Assembly (NCBI RefSeq): GCF_006345805.1
Contig: NC_043008.1
Location: forward strand, 37,448,001 to 37,512,000
Length of the DNA stretch: 64,000 nt
Source of the DNA: Octopus sinensis
Lineage: Eukaryota
Reading direction: 5' to 3'
The notes beneath the pieces were generated by a model. That model saw nothing but the letters and a program-made list of their open reading frames with translations, was not told where the DNA came from and ran no database searches. This document shows, in pieces, positions 52,577-64,000 of the stretch (positions within the stretch are counted from its first letter, which is position 1; the number at the start of each line of letters is the position of its first letter). A program made the translations under genes and the position numbers.

Positions 52577-53011
52577 CTTGAAATATTCAAAGCCAGTCGA
52601 ACCAATTCTACTATATGGCTCAGAAACCTGGACGTTATCAAAGAAGCTTGAGAGGCGATTGGATGGAACCTACACTCGCCTCCTTATGAGAGCTCAAAAT
52701 CTCTCGTGGAAGCGCCATCCAACCAAAATGCAAATATATGGGAAACTACCACCTGTGTCATCTCTTGTGAAAGGTAGGAGAGTCCAGTTTGCTGGACATT
52801 GTTGTAGAGCTGAAAAAGAAGTAATTTCTACTCTTCTCCTCTGGAAGCCATCTACTCGCAATACCAGAGGGCGCACACTCTCCTACCCTGATGTAATCTC
52901 CAGGGATACAGGCATCCAGCAACAGGACCTCCGTAATGCCATGATGGACCGTGAGGTCTGGTGTAGCATGGTAAATTCCATTGTCTCGACCACGGTCGAA
53001 CAATGATGATG
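52577..53011 (+). mobile_element. 5'-truncated RTE/RTEX-type LINE with 10-bp TSD
   Basis: VEPILLYGSETWTL...RRVQFAGHC.R...DREVW; (TGA)n tail; aatggaagaa at 52567-76 and 53012-21. Confidence 0.92.
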
Positions 53012-53442
53012 AATGGAAGAAAATGTCTCAAATACTCAAATAAGTTACTTTACTTCAACGACAGCAACAATAATACCAGCAGTTGCAGTAGAGACTGTCG
53101 TATGATTTCAAATGTGGTGGTAGATTCATACAGTAGTTGTGTGAAGGAAAAAAACCTTCCTTTAATACAAAATGAACGGATGAAATTCTTAGTTCTCTCA
53201 AGGGTAAAAGAAAGAAAATGCAATTGGGATAATTTCATGAAACTGAGCAGCATCTCTTTGTAACAGCTGATAATCCAGGAAGAGCAAAGATGGAAGTAAT
53301 ATAGCTCTGATTATGTAAAAATTGAAGTGGAACAAAAGTTTGCTTATGTCAATTTGTGCAACAGGCTCTCTGAGACACACTGGAAAAATTCTCTCAACTG
53401 AAAAAAGGCAAAAGCTATGGCACTTTCTAATGTAAGATTTAA

Positions 53443-53662
53443 CCCTTTTGTTACCATATTTCTGTTGAGATGCTCTGTGTTTCTTTCAATTGTTTAAATA
53501 TAACAAAGAATTTAGTAAAATAACTTAGTTATCATTCAGCTAGTGTTAGGAACATAAATTGTGACTAAGGTTTGCTGGAAGATTTTAATTCAAAACTTAT
53601 GAAAATGAGACATTTGTACTACAAAGCCAGAGCAGGTTTCAGCTGGGTTAGTAACAAAAGGG
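53443..53662 (+). mobile_element. piggyBac-type MITE with perfect TIRs and TTAA TSD
   Basis: TTAA (53439-42) CCCTTTTGTTAC ... GTAACAAAAGGG TTAA (53663-66). Confidence 0.9.
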
Positions 53663-54945
53663 TTAATACAGGGGACAGCTAAAACAAAGGTAAAGACTAT
53701 AAAACATCTCTCTGACTATACATTTGTGTTTCAGTATGATGTCAAAGAAATATGCAAGATTGACAATAAGTGACACTGGACCACAACATGGGTTCATACC
53801 TAACAATGACTTTTGTGTCACAATACAGGAAATTAGACAAAACAGGATTAATAATAACAAGTGACATATGGTCAGAGAGTATCAAAATGGACTTACAAGT
53901 CCTAATAAGTCCAAAGGCCACAGAGCCATAATGGAACCACGATTAGTAGAAAGTGCAACGAGAAAAGGATGTGAAATTAATGATATAAGCTAGAACTCTT
54001 AGTCGTGGTGGTGGTGATGATGATGATGACAATAATGATGAATATAATGACAATGTTGGTGGTAGTGTGGTGATGATGAGGATGACGATGATGATGAATA
54101 ATGAGAGATCAATGAGAGATCAGGAGGAAGATGAATGAAGATATATAAAATATGAATCGCAGACAAAGAGCGAAAGAGGAAAATACAGGCATTGCATAAC
54201 GTATACAACGAATAAAGGCTGAGAGAAACAGACTCATGCAATTATATCCTGGTGTTTGAAAACGACGGAAAGAAGATATATGTATGTAGTCTGAAAATAT
54301 ATAAAGAACATTGGAAAAAAAAAGGAAAGCAGAGAGGAACATAAATATTAAGAGTAAAAGGAAAAACGGTTGATTGGTGCTTAAATGATAACACAATGAT
54401 ATCCAAAGTTCTATAGACAAAGCAGTTTCAAGTTCTTTTCCCAATTACAAGAAAGATATGCTTAACAAAAGTTTGGTTTCCATACAAAATGCCTTTGAAC
54501 AATATGTAGTGTACAGAGGAATCTTTGACAGTAAGATGTGAATTAGGAAGGAAAAAATGTTAATATTCAAAGGATATTTAAAGAGCTCGAAAGAATTTCC
54601 TAAAACTGTTGGAAAGTTTCAAAGACATTCCATGAACAAGAGAATTATTTACTCTGCCTGTAGCTTAGCTGAAATAAAGTTGTATAAATTTTTTATATTT
54701 TAGTGTGGACATTTTGAAATGGGCTTGTTCTTACAATTTAACAAGTTCAAAGGTGACATCAATACAAAGAATATGTCAGATGCAGGAGTGGCTGTGTGGT
54801 AAGTAGCTTGCTTACGATCCACATGGTTCCGGGTTCATTCCCACTGCATGGCACCTTGGGCAAATGTCTTCTACTATAGCCTCATGCTGACCAAAACCTT
54901 GTGAGTGGATTTGGTAGACAGAAACTGAAAGAAGCCTGTTGTATA

Positions 54946-54983
<38 letters not shown>

Positions 54984-55498
54984 AGATGTGCTATCTTCAT
55001 TTTATACCATAGTTGTAAATATCTATTAAATCTATCTATCTATCTATATCATCATCAGCACCATCATCATCTTTTAGCATCTGTTTTCCATGATGGCATG
55101 GGTTGGAGGATTTAACTGAAACTGGTAAGCTAGAAAGCTGCATCAGGTTCCAATCTGATTTGGCATAGTTTCAACAGCTGGATGTTTTTCCTAATGCCAA
55201 CCACTCCAAGAGTGTAATGGGTAGCAATTACATAACACCAGCATCAGTCTTTTCAAGCACAGCATATCGCAAAAGGTCTTAGTCACTTATCATTGACTGT
55301 GAGAGGCTTCACAGTTGAAGGGTGCTTTTTATATGACACCAGTATAGGCACCTATATGTGTGTGTGTGTGTTTACATACATACATATATATAAAAGTTCA
55401 AATAAAGGTTACAAACCTCATTAAGAGATAATAAAGTCGAATGAATATAATGGTTTATTACCTATTACAAGTAGCAATGAATATTACAATTAATATCA

Positions 55499-55711
55499 AG
55501 CTGGTAGAAATGTTAGCAAGCCAGGTGAAATGCTTAGCAGTATTTTTTGTCTGTCTTAATGTTCTGAGCTCAAATTCCACCACGGTTGACTTTGCCTTTC
55601 AGCCTTTTGGGGGTTGATAAATTAAGTACCAGTTGCATACTGGAGTCAATCTAATTGACTGCCCCCCCCCCCAAAAAAAAATTTGGGGCCTTCTGCCTAG
55701 AGTAGAAAAGA
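55499..55711 (+). mobile_element. Family-D SINE
   Basis: Homology to 42505-42716. Confidence 0.8.
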
Positions 55712-56086
55712 ATATTCAACTGTAAGGTAGCTGGATAAACCAGGGTTTATATATATTTTTAAGAAAATAAGAAAATAGAGAGATAATTAAATTAATAATT
55801 ATTTATTAATTATAAAATAGGACATCATCTCTGACAGCTGTTTCAATTCAAGATTTTTAGAAATTAATTAGTATAATTAATGGTTGGAATCCATACATCC
55901 AACATACTGGTACATGAAAAGCTAATGGTCTATCTTTAGCCACCTCCAATGAGATTCAGCTTTAAAATGTTTTTAGTTATGCTAATTAATTTCTAAAATC
56001 TTGAGCCGAAACAGATGTCAGAGATGATGTCCTATTTTATAATTAATAAATAATTATTAATTTAATTATCTCTATTTTCTTACTTT

Positions 56087-56147
<61 letters not shown>

Positions 56148-56859
56148 TGTTGTCTCTAGGGAGAGTTATTATACCCATATTAGACACTACAAAACTTGTT
56201 CCAACACACAAATTCACAAAAAGATCTTGCAAACCAGATACAAAAACAGAATACACACACACATCATTGTTTTGGCATCAACTTTTTCATGTTTGCATGG
56301 GTCAGATGGAGTTTATTGAGATGGATTTTCTACAGCCAGATATTCTTTTTATCCTCTTACCAGTTTCCAAGCAAGATTAGATTTCCCAATATTTCCACGG
56401 GATATCGGAAATGACTGACACTCATTTACAACATCTGGGCAATGTCACTACAAGGAGACACACACATACTCACATGAGGGGCTTCTTTCAGTTTCTGTCT
56501 ACCAAACCTACAGTTATTTGCATGTTTCTTCTTAACACATCTAGGCAGATTCTGATGCAAAATGCCCTGGTTGCTGTAGTGTATGTCATAGTAGAATAAC
56601 TTCTCTATTTTATGATACCAGTGTGTTTAACAAACTCAGTTCGTTGACACAAAACATCCTGGGAGACTGGTGTTTCATCTGATTATGTCTCATTAGTCAG
56701 AAGTAGCCGGAACTCTGAGTCTAGACAAAGTTGCTGGATTTGTTTATACTTTCAGTAAACAAATTGTTTGCTGACTGGTGCTTATATCTGCCAAGCAATA
56801 GCTACATTCTTCCAACATGTCCTTTTCTAAACAGTGTTAGTGCTGTCTATGAGAGATGA

Positions 56860-56890
<31 letters not shown>

Positions 56891-58979
56891 TGTATGTATG
56901 TATGTATATATATATGTATGTATGCATGTATGTATGTATGTGTATGAATTTAAGAGAGAATGAGAGTGATGAAGTGACAAAGGAAGAGAAAAAGAATTAT
57001 TACAAGACACAAAAAAAAAAGATGAAAATTGTTTACCATTCCATTATAATAATCAGGCTTTCATTATTTCTTTTCTGAAATCTTCTTTGTTTACCTCAGG
57101 GGAAAGTTGGACCTGGTACTTTTTTCTTCATGCATTATTCTTGGACGATTATGGAATTGTGTGTGAATTTTGGAAAACATTCATTGAGAAAAGAAAGAGT
57201 GATTATGGTTTTTAAATCAACCAGACAAACATTGGTGTTTATAAACAAAGATGACAAAAAAAAAAGATAATGTGTTGTGTAAAGGTATTTTAAAAGAGCT
57301 CAAAGAAAATAGACAAAGATACTGAAAGAAAAGCATCTGATATTGCATGCAGGTGTGTGTGTGTGTGTGTGTGCGTGTGAGTGAGTTCATATTTCTCCTC
57401 ATCTTTCATGTGAGATCACAAGTTGGAAACACGATATTGTTTGCTTTTAATTCTCCAAGAAACTATACTTTGCTGTTTGTTATTTGATAAACTGAGATAT
57501 CATTACCTTGCTTAGAGACACATGGAGTTGGCCTCAAGAATGGCACCTGGCTGTAAAAGTTTTTTTTCCCTAAGTACCCCTCCTCTTTGCTGACTCTTGC
57601 AAGCATTGAAAAGAAAACATTAAAACAATGATGATGATGAGGATAAGGTGCAGGTATGGCTGTGTAGTAAAAAGCTTGCTTCCCAATCACATTGTTCCAG
57701 GTTCAGTCCTACTGCATGGCACCTTGGGCAAGTGGCTGAGTTTCATTCGAGTGTTGGGTCTCATGGAGGCAAAGTGGCTGAGTTCCTTTCCAGAATTAGG
57801 CCTCTCGGAGACAACAACCCAAACCTTAGATTTTATGTCTTGCTTGAAAAGAAGACCCATCAAGCTGAACAAAATTGCAGTCATGGCAGATATCGGTGTC
57901 ATGCAAATGGCACCCATGCCAGTGGCACGTTACAGCACCCATTACACTATCGCAGTGTTCAGCTTTAGGAAGGAAATCCAGCCATAGAAACCATGCCAAA
58001 TCAGACTGGAGTCTGGTGCAGCCTTCCAGCTTGCCAGCCCTGGTCAAACCATCCAACCCATGCCAGCATGGACAATGGATATTAAATAAGGATGATGATG
58101 ATGAGGATGATGATGATGAGGATGATGATGATGATATACACTCACAAATACAAATACATAAACATGAATACATATATGGTTAAGGAAAATGAACTTATGC
58201 GATGGCATGTAAAATTCACTCTCACCTGTGTTATGTAAATGCACTTTTGCATAATTGCACCTGTGCCAATAGCAAGTAAATAGCAGCCAGCACACTCTGC
58301 AAAGTGGTTGGCATCAGGAAAGGCACTCAGCCATAGAAACCATACCAAAACAGACTTCTGGAGTCTGGACTGCTCCCTGGTTGGCCTACTCTAGCATGGA
58401 AAATGGACATTAAACGATGATGATGATAATGATATATGGGGCACTGTGAAGTGATTTGGTGCATTTACATCATTTGTATACAGTGAGAAATTTTCTCCCT
58501 GACAAAAAAAAAATAAAAGCCATCTTATAGGTCTGAATATGCTCCATGCATATTTGATCTGATAATGTTTGTATTTACACACATTACTGCTTAGTGCTGT
58601 CAACCTGTATTTTGCTTATATGAGCCACTGAATAATGCAACCAGTCATTGGATGATGAGGGAAATATAAGAGAGATCTGTTTCTTGTTTTAGCTCATAAC
58701 TTCTACCATTCTGGACTTTGTTGCTGGAGAGGAGATAACCATTCCAAATTGAATGCATCTAGAAGTCTAGTTAGAGAGTGCTGCAAACTGACTCAAGTTG
58801 GTTTAAACCTTTCTGTGCACAGTGAGGAATTTTCTGTATGACAGAATACAATGCATGGTTTTCTTACGGATGTGAATATTGCCCAGTGACATTTTGTCTG
58901 TCTTTATGTTCTGAGTTTAAATTCTTCCAAACTCAACTTTGCCTTTCATTCATTTGATGTCAATAAAATAATTACCAAT

Positions 58980-59212
58980 TGCGGTGGCACGTAAAAAGCA
59001 CCATCCGATCATGGCCGTTTGCCAGCCTCGTCTGGCACCTATGCAGGTGGCACGTAAAAAGCACCCACTACACTCATGGAGTGGTTGGCGTTATGAAGGG
59101 CATCCAGCTGTAGAAACACTGCCAGATCAGACTGGGCCTGGTGCAGCCTTCTGGCTTCCCAGACCCCAGTTGAACAATCCAACCCATGCTAGCATGGAAA
59201 ACGGATGTTAAA
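58980..59212 (+). mobile_element. Family-C repeat (Nin/Deu-like domain, RTE-like GAT tail); related pieces at ~22850-23090, 40290-40420, 43015-43135, 45235-45420, 55060-55340 and 57875-58420
   Basis: gtggttggcgtt.ggaagggcatccagctgtagaaac...ccaacccatgctagcatggaaa.cggacgttaaa(cgatgat)n. Confidence 0.75.
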
Positions 59213-59972
59213 CTGTGGAGCATCAATGATACACCATTCCTTTGAAATGGCTAGCATTGTGACAAGATTTCAAACCATTATTAATAGCAATGCCAGTGGC
59301 TGTAATAGTTGTGACAGTGGTTATGTCAGTATAACTATTAGCAGCAATGGCAGCTTCAATAAAAGTTGTTGTACGAGTGGTAGTAATTGTCTCCTCTTCT
59401 CCCCCACAGTTATTTAGATATGGTCAGTATTTGCTTATGAAAGTTGCTTCTTTGTTGATGCATTATTGTTGTGTTTCATAATTGCTAAATTAATATGGGA
59501 AAAAAGTCATAAAATTTGGCTGTTTTTCACCTGCACATCTGCTTATATGTTCACTAAGTTTTTAATTGTTTGTATTCACGTATTTTAATCCATGATCCAT
59601 GCAGAGTAATACGTTGTCTTAAATACTTATGATTTGTCCTGTTTAGTGCTCCCCACATCTTGCGCATGTAATTTTATATATTACGGTTTTGATTGCACTG
59701 GTGAAATTATTTTTTATTGTGAAGTGTTGTCCTTTTTTAAAATGGATCTCTGACCTTTACAGACTAAAAGATAACCACAATTAGTTATCTACTTATTCTA
59801 GTACTGGCTCTGTTTTTATCACGTGAAGTTTGGTCATTGGTAATGTTTTTTCATTGACTTGAGTCGTCTATTACTCTTTATGATGGTAACTGGGAGCATA
59901 ATTCTGAGAAAGTAAACACTTTCTTTCATTCATGATAAAGATACTAAAACATTTTCCTTTTGTTATATATAG

Positions 59973-60038
<66 letters not shown>

Positions 60039-60065
60039 AAGTATGTATATATATATATATATTAC

Positions 60066-60106
<41 letters not shown>

Positions 60107-61436
60107 GCACACATATATGCATTCATACATACATGCATACAAATGTATATGTATAGTTAGGTGAATTTTTTTTAAGCGTTACCAATGACAATGCATGTAA
60201 TGGAACGTTCTTATTTTACTTATTATTAAAATTCTGACAGAACACGCAGTTATGCATACATATACTCACACATACTCACACATAAATACAAAGATACATA
60301 GACATACAGACATACGCGCACATAGCCACACCTGTGCATACACATGCACATGTAAATACAGAAGCATAAAATTTTATAGGTACCATTGTTTAAAACGAAT
60401 GAATAACATTTGTACAAGAAATATCAAAAGAATATTTTCTGGAGAATCTTTTATGTTTTAGTTCTGTCTCAATACAAAATAAGAAACATTTCACTTGCTT
60501 GATTATATATTTATTTATATATAATAAGGTGTCACATGAGAACAGTTTTAGATAGATAACTTTGCATAAGTCATGGAAACGAAGTAATGTACAAGTTATT
60601 GGTTATGCATATTTATTCAAACATAAATAATATGCACAGAAAAGTAATTGACTGAATAGAATAGCATCGTCATACTTGTTATTGTCATTATCATCGTCAT
60701 CATCATCATCATCATAGTCGTCAACATCATCATCATAGTCATCATCATCATCATCATCAGAAGCATTGTTGGCAGTTGCAGTGTCATTATTTTTTGTTCG
60801 ATATTAGCATGAATGGCATGGCTTATCAGGTCTGTTCTTATTCGGTGTTATTGACCGCTGAGACAGGTAAACAGATCGATGACTACAGCTTGCTCGTACA
60901 TACAATTTTTGGCATCTCTGTTACAGATGGTTGCTCCAACCACTTTACAAAAGTGTCACTGTGAATCTTATTTTGAAACCTCTTGGCTTTAGGTTTTGTT
61001 GGTAAATTTGGAATTTCTTCAAATCATTGACTGATTCTGTTATGAGGACTACATTTTGTAATCGACTTAATCCCTGTGTTTAGCCCCCTGTGGGCAATAA
61101 AGAAATATATACATACATATGTAAAGATGCATATGTGTATATTGGGGTTACAACTTTTTTGCAACTCCATAGTCCTGTATCATATTCTGATGAACTTTGG
61201 TTAGAGACAATGAGGATCAATGTTTTTTTGCCTTTGATCAAAAAAGTTCACCCATGACTAACTTTGAAATGTTCATACTCGGTTGCATTTGGGTGGATTT
61301 CCAAATGCTAAAAGCTGAATAATAAACAAAAAAGGGGGGAAAATGATTCTAAACATTTAATCCATAACTGTTAAAAGAACTGTATTCTGCATTCCAGAAC
61401 AATGAAAAGAAGGTAAGTCATATAAAGTCAAATTAG

Positions 61437-62318
61437 TCAGTAATCGAGATGCGGCAAATTATTTGAGAGAATGAAATACAATGGCAAGTTGGCTCTGTTC
61501 TTGCATGTAGCGTGTAGTTCTTGCATGACCTTAATTGCTTGCTAACAGCATTGATTGCTTCTGCTAATGTTTAGTTTTGGTGGCTCTTGCTTCCAGTGAT
61601 TTGTCAAGCATTTCAAAGCAGTCCTGTAGGGTAGTAAGGCTTGCGATAATTCTGCATAATCTTCAGTTCTATACATTTGGTCACCAAACCAGTGATCCGC
61701 TGTCATATGAGATGAACTGGCAGACCATCTGCAATCTTTCTCTAACATGTGGCATGATCAAAAATGCAAGAAGCGCTAAGATTGCTTGCAAATTCCATCT
61801 GACGTTACTGATGCTTGGAATTTTCCGAAACTTGATGAAAAGTAGGTCTCCATCTTCATGGAAGAACCTTAAGTGAAACAGAAACTTCATATCATCTCTC
61901 CAGCCAGCTTGATCTTCAATGACATGAGTTCCATTCTGGAAGGAGCCTTGGAGTTCTTCATAACTTGTCATGAGTTCTTTGACAAAAAATATTCAATGTT
62001 GGGTAAATTGCTTGAGCCTGCTAGCTCCTCATCCATAACAACATGCAGGATTCTGTACAAGACATGGTGTTGGCAGCTCATGAATTGTGGCTTGTCATAG
62101 CCTGGCTCAAGAACAGTCTCTGCAGTCTAACCACTATCCCACTCTTCCATCCTGTATTCACACTCATCTAATCAGCAATAATCATCGAGATTGCGTCCCA
62201 CAAGTGAAATTCATCCAAGATGCTTTTCAATCCTTCTGCAATGGTCTCAGCCTTGCCATCTCACAGCTTCAGATCAGCCAGCTTGATTTCACTTGTTTCA
62301 TTCTTGATGACAATTGCT
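61437..62318 (-). pseudogene. C-terminal half of a hAT-like transposase
   Basis: EIKLADLKL*DGKAETIAEGLKSILDEFHLW...MIIAD*MSVNTGWKSG (D-T-T-S-V-N-T-G-like), GWRDDMKFLFHL, IPSISNVRWN, RSNQCC.RAIKVMQE-like motif; stops and frameshifts. Confidence 0.8.
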
Positions 62319-62600
62319 TCATCATCATCATTTAGCGTCCGCTTTCCATGCTAGCATGGGTTGGACGGTTCAACTGGGGTCTGTGAAGCCAGAAGGCTGC
62401 ATCAGGCCCAGTCTGATCTGGCAGTGTTTCTACAGCTGGATGCCCTTCCTAACGCCAACCACTCCGTGAGTGTAGTGGGTGCTTTTTACGTTCCACCCGC
62501 ACAGATGCCAGATGGAGCTGGCAAACGGCCATGGACGGATAATGCTTTTTACGTGCCACCAGCATGGGGGCCAGGCGAGGCTGGCAACGGCCAGACTCAG
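62319..62600 (-). mobile_element. Family-C repeat inserted in the transposase
   Basis: (tca)n-tttagcgtccgctttccatgctagcatggg... reverse complement of the 58980 type. Confidence 0.85.
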
Positions 62601-63245
62601 CAAAACAATATCATCACCACTGAAGTCTTATAAATGCTAAAAATTTATTGGAAGCCAAGATTGTTATGCAAACTTGTCCATATTCAAGCAAGTTTTGTAT
62701 AAGAATGCAAACATGGATTCATGGGTGAACTTTTCTAAAGATAGCTCAAAAGTGTGTTCACTTTAGTTACTTCAGCATACAAGATCATCTAAATATGATA
62801 CAGGAAATTGTTTTTGAGGAACAAAATTAAAACCATGTATCCCTAGTATATACATATATGCGTTTTTAATACTGGCTTACTACCTTCCTGACATACAACA
62901 AAATCTGTTTCAACAAACAAGTTTACATTAAGATTCTTGCCTTATCAAATGCAAAAAAAAAAAACAGAATATAAATATATGATATGTATTTATGTAATGG
63001 AGAAATTGTACAAAACGTATAAATGGATGATGAGTAAAGCTTCGATTACCTGTTGTTATCCGTAGATTTACTGCAGGAACTTCCTATACATATATATGTA
63101 TATATTCATCCATACATGTGTGCATGCACATGTATCTGGTTGTATGTATATGCCCATATATTTGGATGTGCATATGTGAGCACGTGTGTAAATGTGCATA
63201 TATACATATATTCTTGTTGCTTATTTTGATTATATATATATATAT

Positions 63246-63416
<171 letters not shown>

Positions 63417-63425
63417 TATATATAT

Positions 63426-63471
<46 letters not shown>

Positions 63472-63857
63472 AATAATATATATATAATATATATATGTAT
63501 ATATGCATCTAAGCACAAACTCAAAAAAAAATTTTCATCTAAGTATTATCATCCTTTCAACTTCTACTTCCTTTTCATTCTCTTAACAGTTACAACAGCA
63601 AAAGCTGATTATGTCGTTCTAAACTAGAATGTATGCTTTCCACGATCATATTTGAGATTACTTATTCCAATAATTTTTTTCTGATTTTACTTATTCTAGA
63701 ATTTGATGGACATATAGTGGTATGTAAGCTGACTCAAGAAATCCCTAGTGAGACTTTTTATTGATGTTCCTGAAGAGACGCAGAACACCTCCAAACATGT
63801 GTTGTACCCAATAAAGTATATTACACATTCCATCTCCTATTTTATTAATACTATATA

Positions 63858-64000
63858 TATCACTGTGACCGACCAGGCTATCAGATGTTGCTACACATCG
63901 CTGGTCACAATGCACTTCTCATTGTTTTAGCCTTCAAACAGGTCAACAGAAGAAAGAATAAGAGAAAGTTGTGGCGAAAGAGTACGGCAGGGATTAAAAC
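63858..64000 (-). mobile_element. SINE 3' part (head-E body, third tail type), runs off the window
   Basis: Minus strand tactctttcgccacaactttctc matches the body of 429-728 and 10928-11306, followed by a different tail. Confidence 0.6.

Larger units (their letters stand above)
61143..62845 (-). mobile_element. Internally deleted hAT-superfamily (hATm-like) DNA transposon with imperfect TIRs
   Basis: Ends TGGGGTTACA / TGTATCCCTA; 16-bp subterminal inverted match (61242-57 vs 62719-34); candidate 8-bp TSD gtgtatat / gtatatac (6 of 8). Confidence 0.7.

Noticed and set aside
56540-56860. Minus-strand FCVNELSLLNT, reminiscent of an RTE endonuclease
   Set aside because: A single weak motif among many stops.
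63760-63810. ctgaaga-gacgcagaacacctc-caaacatgtg, hammerhead-like
   Set aside because: G12 is replaced, position 17 would be G, and stem I is not evident.

Overview
AT-rich, microsatellite-saturated animal genomic DNA. The SINE, LINE and simple-repeat content looks like an octopod cephalopod (Octopus sp.); this is pattern recognition, not a database result. No host protein-coding gene could be supported, and most of the ORF track is translated (TA)n, (CA)n, (TAA)n or (TACA)n. The window is intergenic or intronic and built from mobile DNA: a 2.5-kb 5'-truncated R4/Dong-type RLE LINE inside a (TAA)n array, further RLE LINE 3' ends in (TAA)n and (TACA)n arrays, Penelope-like elements (PLEs), RTE and CR1 fragments, a decayed Ty3/Gypsy element, a Helitron helicase fragment, an internally deleted hAT-type element with TIRs, TTAA (piggyBac-type) MITEs, and many copies of several modular tRNA-derived SINE families. 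Most interesting: (i) type I hammerhead ribozyme (HHR) motifs, including one fully canonical motif with an extended domain II (39981-40062, minus) and a U3:A8-covariant minimal motif in the PLE terminal repeat (50871-50910), several sitting in outward-facing inverted repeats; (ii) a ~290-300-bp tandem and inverted array whose unit carries a ~94-nt tRNA-Gln-like Pol III cassette with its own terminator, lodged inside a SINE (40650-41782). Boundaries of old repeats are approximate.
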